Part shown: in pieces, positions 60,210 through 64,000 of the stretch | Position numbering within the stretch: position 1 is the stretch's first letter | How the letters are laid out: the number at the start of each line of letters is the position of its first letter | Assembly (NCBI GenBank): GCA_044892525.1 | Contig: CM097886.1 | Location: 30,070,001 to 30,134,000, forward strand | Direction of reading: 5' to 3' | Origin: Schmidtea polychroa | Lineage: Eukaryota | DNA: 64,000 bases | Position numbers and translations under genes: made by a program | Notes under the pieces: generated by a model | The model's input: only the letters and a program-made list of their open reading frames with translations | The model's database searches: none | Told to the model about the DNA's origin: nothing

Positions 60210-60384
60210 CAATAACAAGTCCAGGATACCCTTAGATTTTCGGGGCCACAAACACGCATATAAATAATCGAGTAATTTTTATAGACACTGATTTGTAATT
60301 ATTTCACATGAATAAGGAATTCGTAGTAAGCGCGTCACTATCTTGCGTTGATTACCTCCCTATCCTTTGTACACACCGCCTGTC
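60210..60384 (+). pseudogene. Decayed 18S rRNA fragment with internal deletion
   Basis: CAATAACAAGTCCAGGATACCCTTAGATTTTCGGGGCCAC and TTGTAATTATT...GGAATTCGTAGTAAGCGC...TTGCGTTGATTACCTCCCTATCCTTTGTACACACCGCCTGTC match conserved 3'-major-domain SSU rRNA blocks. Confidence 0.88.
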
Positions 60385-62355
60385 TTTTCTAAATTTTTTT
60401 GAAGATTTGAATGACGATCGTTGGAATCTGAATTAAGATCTTCGTTTAATATTTGTTCCATTTCCGCGACTGAGATTGTCATAAACAAATAAGTGATTAT
60501 AATTAATATTGGTCCAAAACATTTGTTTGGTCTTCCTGTTTCAAACTTGAAATGCGAACTGATTTTTATATTAGTTGAAATTCGAACACTGATAACACAG
60601 AAATATATGAAGAACAAAGAAATTGATGTTGATGCAATTATAAATTGGATGTTGAGGTGAAGAGGTATGATATTCCATAAATTGGTACAAAAACAGATTT
60701 TTGAAAACATTTTTAATTTTAATTTTAATAATTTTTAAAACTTAATAAAATTAAATGTTCATGTTTCAGGCACACAATTAATATTATAATTTTTATTAAA
60801 AATTAATAATTAATTACATAAATTTTGTACATAAAAGTTACTTTAAAGTACATTAAATTACAATGTAAAATGATCTTAAACTTCAAATTAATTCTAGGCA
60901 TGTAGTGTGTGTCAATCCAATACGATTGCATTTCAATGCAACGTACGGGGTTCTTGTGTGTTGCTGAGGTTTGTATTGGTTTTCTTATATTTTAATTTGA
61001 AGTGAATAGAATTTATTTTGTTCTTTGAAACTGGAATTTTTATCGATTAAGTTATTTAATAAAATTTGTTGAAACCTGATGAATTAGAAAATAAATGCTT
61101 ATTTATGTTATATTCAAAAAATTCATTTAGTGAATGGAAGTTGCCAACTCCATCTTTACATATCTTTTCTAAAATTGTTCAAAAGTTACCAAAAATCGGA
61201 TTTGAAGGAGATCATAAATTCTATACAATTAATTTATTAACTAATCTCTACACCAATATATTAGTACTAATAAAATTCAATTTTTATTATATATTTTATA
61301 TATAATTATTTAAGAAATATAATTAACAATAATAATGTTTAATTTTTAGTTTCTCAAAGGGAAAATAATTAATTTAATTTGGTCAAAAATTACTTTCAGT
61401 ATCATCTGCCAAAGAGACTTTCTCGAAATTCAGTTAGTCTGTTTTAATAATTTTGCATAATTACTTGTCAGATTATTTTGAAATATTTCATTTTTAATCG
61501 TAAAAATATTATATGCAAAGATTTTAAATTAATTTTTAAATATTTTTTTTAATTTATGGGATTTTATTCCACATCTTGAGGTCCAGTTTCAAACAGATTC
61601 TATGCTCAAAGTTGAAGTAATTATTCTATAAAATTTGAAAAATATTTTATATATTTTATATTTCTTTTGATATCTTATTATAATTACTTAATAATATTGA
61701 TAATAGATTATGTTATGTGTTCTGATACGAGAGCTATATTGGGTTCAATTAATTTTTCTATTTTAAAATTTTTTTATTTATTAGAAATTCAAACAAAAAT
61801 AATTATTCTAGGTCTTATTAAAACAAATTTTATAATTTTAACTTTAACCCATTTTCACAGTCTTCCAATATCAGAACAAGTGAATTTTTCTATCCCCATT
61901 TCAAAATGAGCTATATATTTATATTTTTAGGTTTATCACCCTATTACTTATATTTTAAACAAACTTGACTGAATATGTTTATTTCTCTTCTAGTATTGTG
62001 ACTTGAATAAAATTAATTTGAAATTGTGAATAGTAAGTTGTAATTTTTTCTATAATATTTAGTCTTGATTGTTAGATTACTGTTATTATTTATTGTATAT
62101 TATCATCAGTTATTTTGTTATTTATGTAATAAAAAGTTCCTTTTTTTGAAACTCCGATAAAATATGAGTATTGAATTAAAATAATTTTGTCGATTTTATA
62201 CAGCACCAGGATTGTTGGAATTGGTGGAAGATGAGAAGTTCTGGTATGATATTGTAAGCATAGACATGTTTATAACTCTTCCTGAAAAAGACAGATGAAG
62301 AGGAAGACACTTTACTCTCTGAGCTTCGAAAGCAGATGACTAGACATAGGGTAAT

Positions 62356-62770
62356 TTGGAACATAGTTTTTTACTATTTAAGTCTCTTAAAAGCCCCAAA
62401 AACATATCATTTGACCCCGTTGTAGGTTTTGAATTGTTTTTTGATGATGAGATTTATGAACTTTTAAAGAATATTTCAACGTATGCAAAATATAAAGGAG
62501 ATCATAATTTTGATAGGAGTATAAAAGATGATTATAAAATGTTAATCTGCGATTTTATTATTGTCTGACTATTTGGATATATACAGGTCGAGAATGTTAT
62601 GAGAATGTGAAACAGAAACTTATAATTCGTTGGTTTCTACCTAATCGTTACGAGAAAATAAAAAATATACAAATTATAGTGACAATAACAATCTTGTGGA
62701 AAATGATACATTTGCCAAGATTAAACCTTTATTTAATTTACTAAATATTGTTATATGAAATATGCTGACT
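62356..62770 (+). pseudogene. piggyBac (PGBD2/3-like) transposase remnant
   Basis: FELFFDDEIYELL...YAKYKG and NRYEKI...DN.....DTFAKIKPLFNLLN motifs across broken frames. Confidence 0.65.
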
Positions 62771-64000
62771 TGTAGTGAGATTGTACTGAGATTGTTGATG
62801 AACTCGCATTTGGGCATGTAGACACCAGTATCGTACGATGTGAAAGTATTGGAAATTTTATCTGGAATAACGTTTTTCATTGACTCCTTTTGGCAATCGA
62901 AGACGGATGGATCAGCCAGGCTCTCGTAACCAACTTTATCATGAGAATCACTAGAAACGCGATTTAGTATTCTAAGGAAAATTTAGTTGGTTTAATAGAA
63001 GATGTTGATGATCAAGCTCATCAACAGAGAGATCGCAGCTAGGAAAACAAAGGTTTCAGCTTCTCGAATGTTTGGCATATTTTTTATTGATTTTGATGAG
63101 ATTTAACATTTGAGATTTCGAATGATGCATGAATTGTTTTTATATCGTTTTTGAATGAAAAGAATATTTAAACAATAGTTTTAATTTAATTTATCTATTA
63201 ATATATTTTAAGTTTAATTATTAAGTTTATATTTTTATTAATGTGGGAATCAGAGGCACTACACCTATATAATAAATTATTATTTGCAAATTTATTTCTA
63301 TTTCCATTTAAAATTTTGTAAATGCCCAGTGTTCCGAAATTGTAACATGCTAAAAACATAATTTTGCACTTTTTTCATAAAAATAAAAAAATAATTTTAT
63401 TTTCGATGTGAAAAAAAATAATTTATTAAATACTGTTAATTGATTTTATGATATAAATTTTAATAAATTATTTTATTTTCTTTTAATTAATTTATCATAA
63501 TTTAATCTTTTAAATGTAATTTTAATTCAAAAATAATTTTCAAGTACTAACGAAAAAAAATTAATTAATTGTTTTTAAAGTGTCCATGAGAAGAAGAAGA
63601 ATTCCAGGTTCGAGAACTTTTCTAGATCATCAAATTCATGATTTGCTCAAGTGATGCCTCAGCTGTCAGATGGATAAATCTTTGAGTCACATTCAACTGG
63701 AATCTGATCATTTTGATTTATCATTTATTTTATTGGCTAACATATTTATTTAAATAAAAAAGAAATATATAATTATTATTTCTTTTTCAAAAATTTAGAT
63801 AATAATTAATTTTTTGATTATAACAGAGAAACAGAAAAACCACAAAATAAATTTACAAATTAAAAAAAGTTGTGAAAATTATTTGAATGACATTCAATGA
63901 CTTTTTGACATAATAAGAATAATTAAATTAATTTTAACCTATTACTTTTGCATATTGTTTTAACATTATTTCTGTAAAATCCCTGTTATTGGCAGGGAAA

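Noticed and set aside
60899-60978. Cys-rich plus-strand exon (ACSVCQSNTIAFQCNVRGSC) as the STAC C1 domain
   Set aside because: Wrong strand for the STAC-like gene and spacing does not fit a C1 domain; too short to assign.

Overview
AT-rich, repeat-dense eukaryotic sequence, most likely metazoan (STAC, TRAF, SAMHD1 and proteasome homologues; 42-48 nt GT-AG introns), with several assembly gaps. I cannot name the species. About 4.4-26.2 kb is a decayed Polinton/Maverick (adintovirus-like) endogenous virus. It carries a packaging ATPase, core protein, integrase, penton, pX-like protein, major capsid, adenain protease and pPolB, plus two unexpected passengers: a divergent TBP-like gene and a small spliced gene. 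It is interrupted by TSD-resolvable insertions: a Buster-type hAT, a solo-LTR-like element containing a Ty3/gypsy, a second Ty3/gypsy, and foldback DNA. About 26-41 kb is a mosaic of foldback/satellite DNA, orphan GC-rich ORFs, a repeated hairpin array, a Gag-type CCHC knuckle, and host-gene fragments (TRAF MATH, PSMA6, PSMD13, UBX/ubiquitin-like segments). About 41-64 kb holds an apparently intact SAMHD1-like dNTPase exon, further hAT/MITE/gypsy/piggyBac remnants, three exons of a STAC-like gene whose long intron is bracketed by complementary (ATA)n/(TAT)n repeats, and a decayed 18S rRNA fragment. All protein assignments come from motif recall and manual translation, not database searches.
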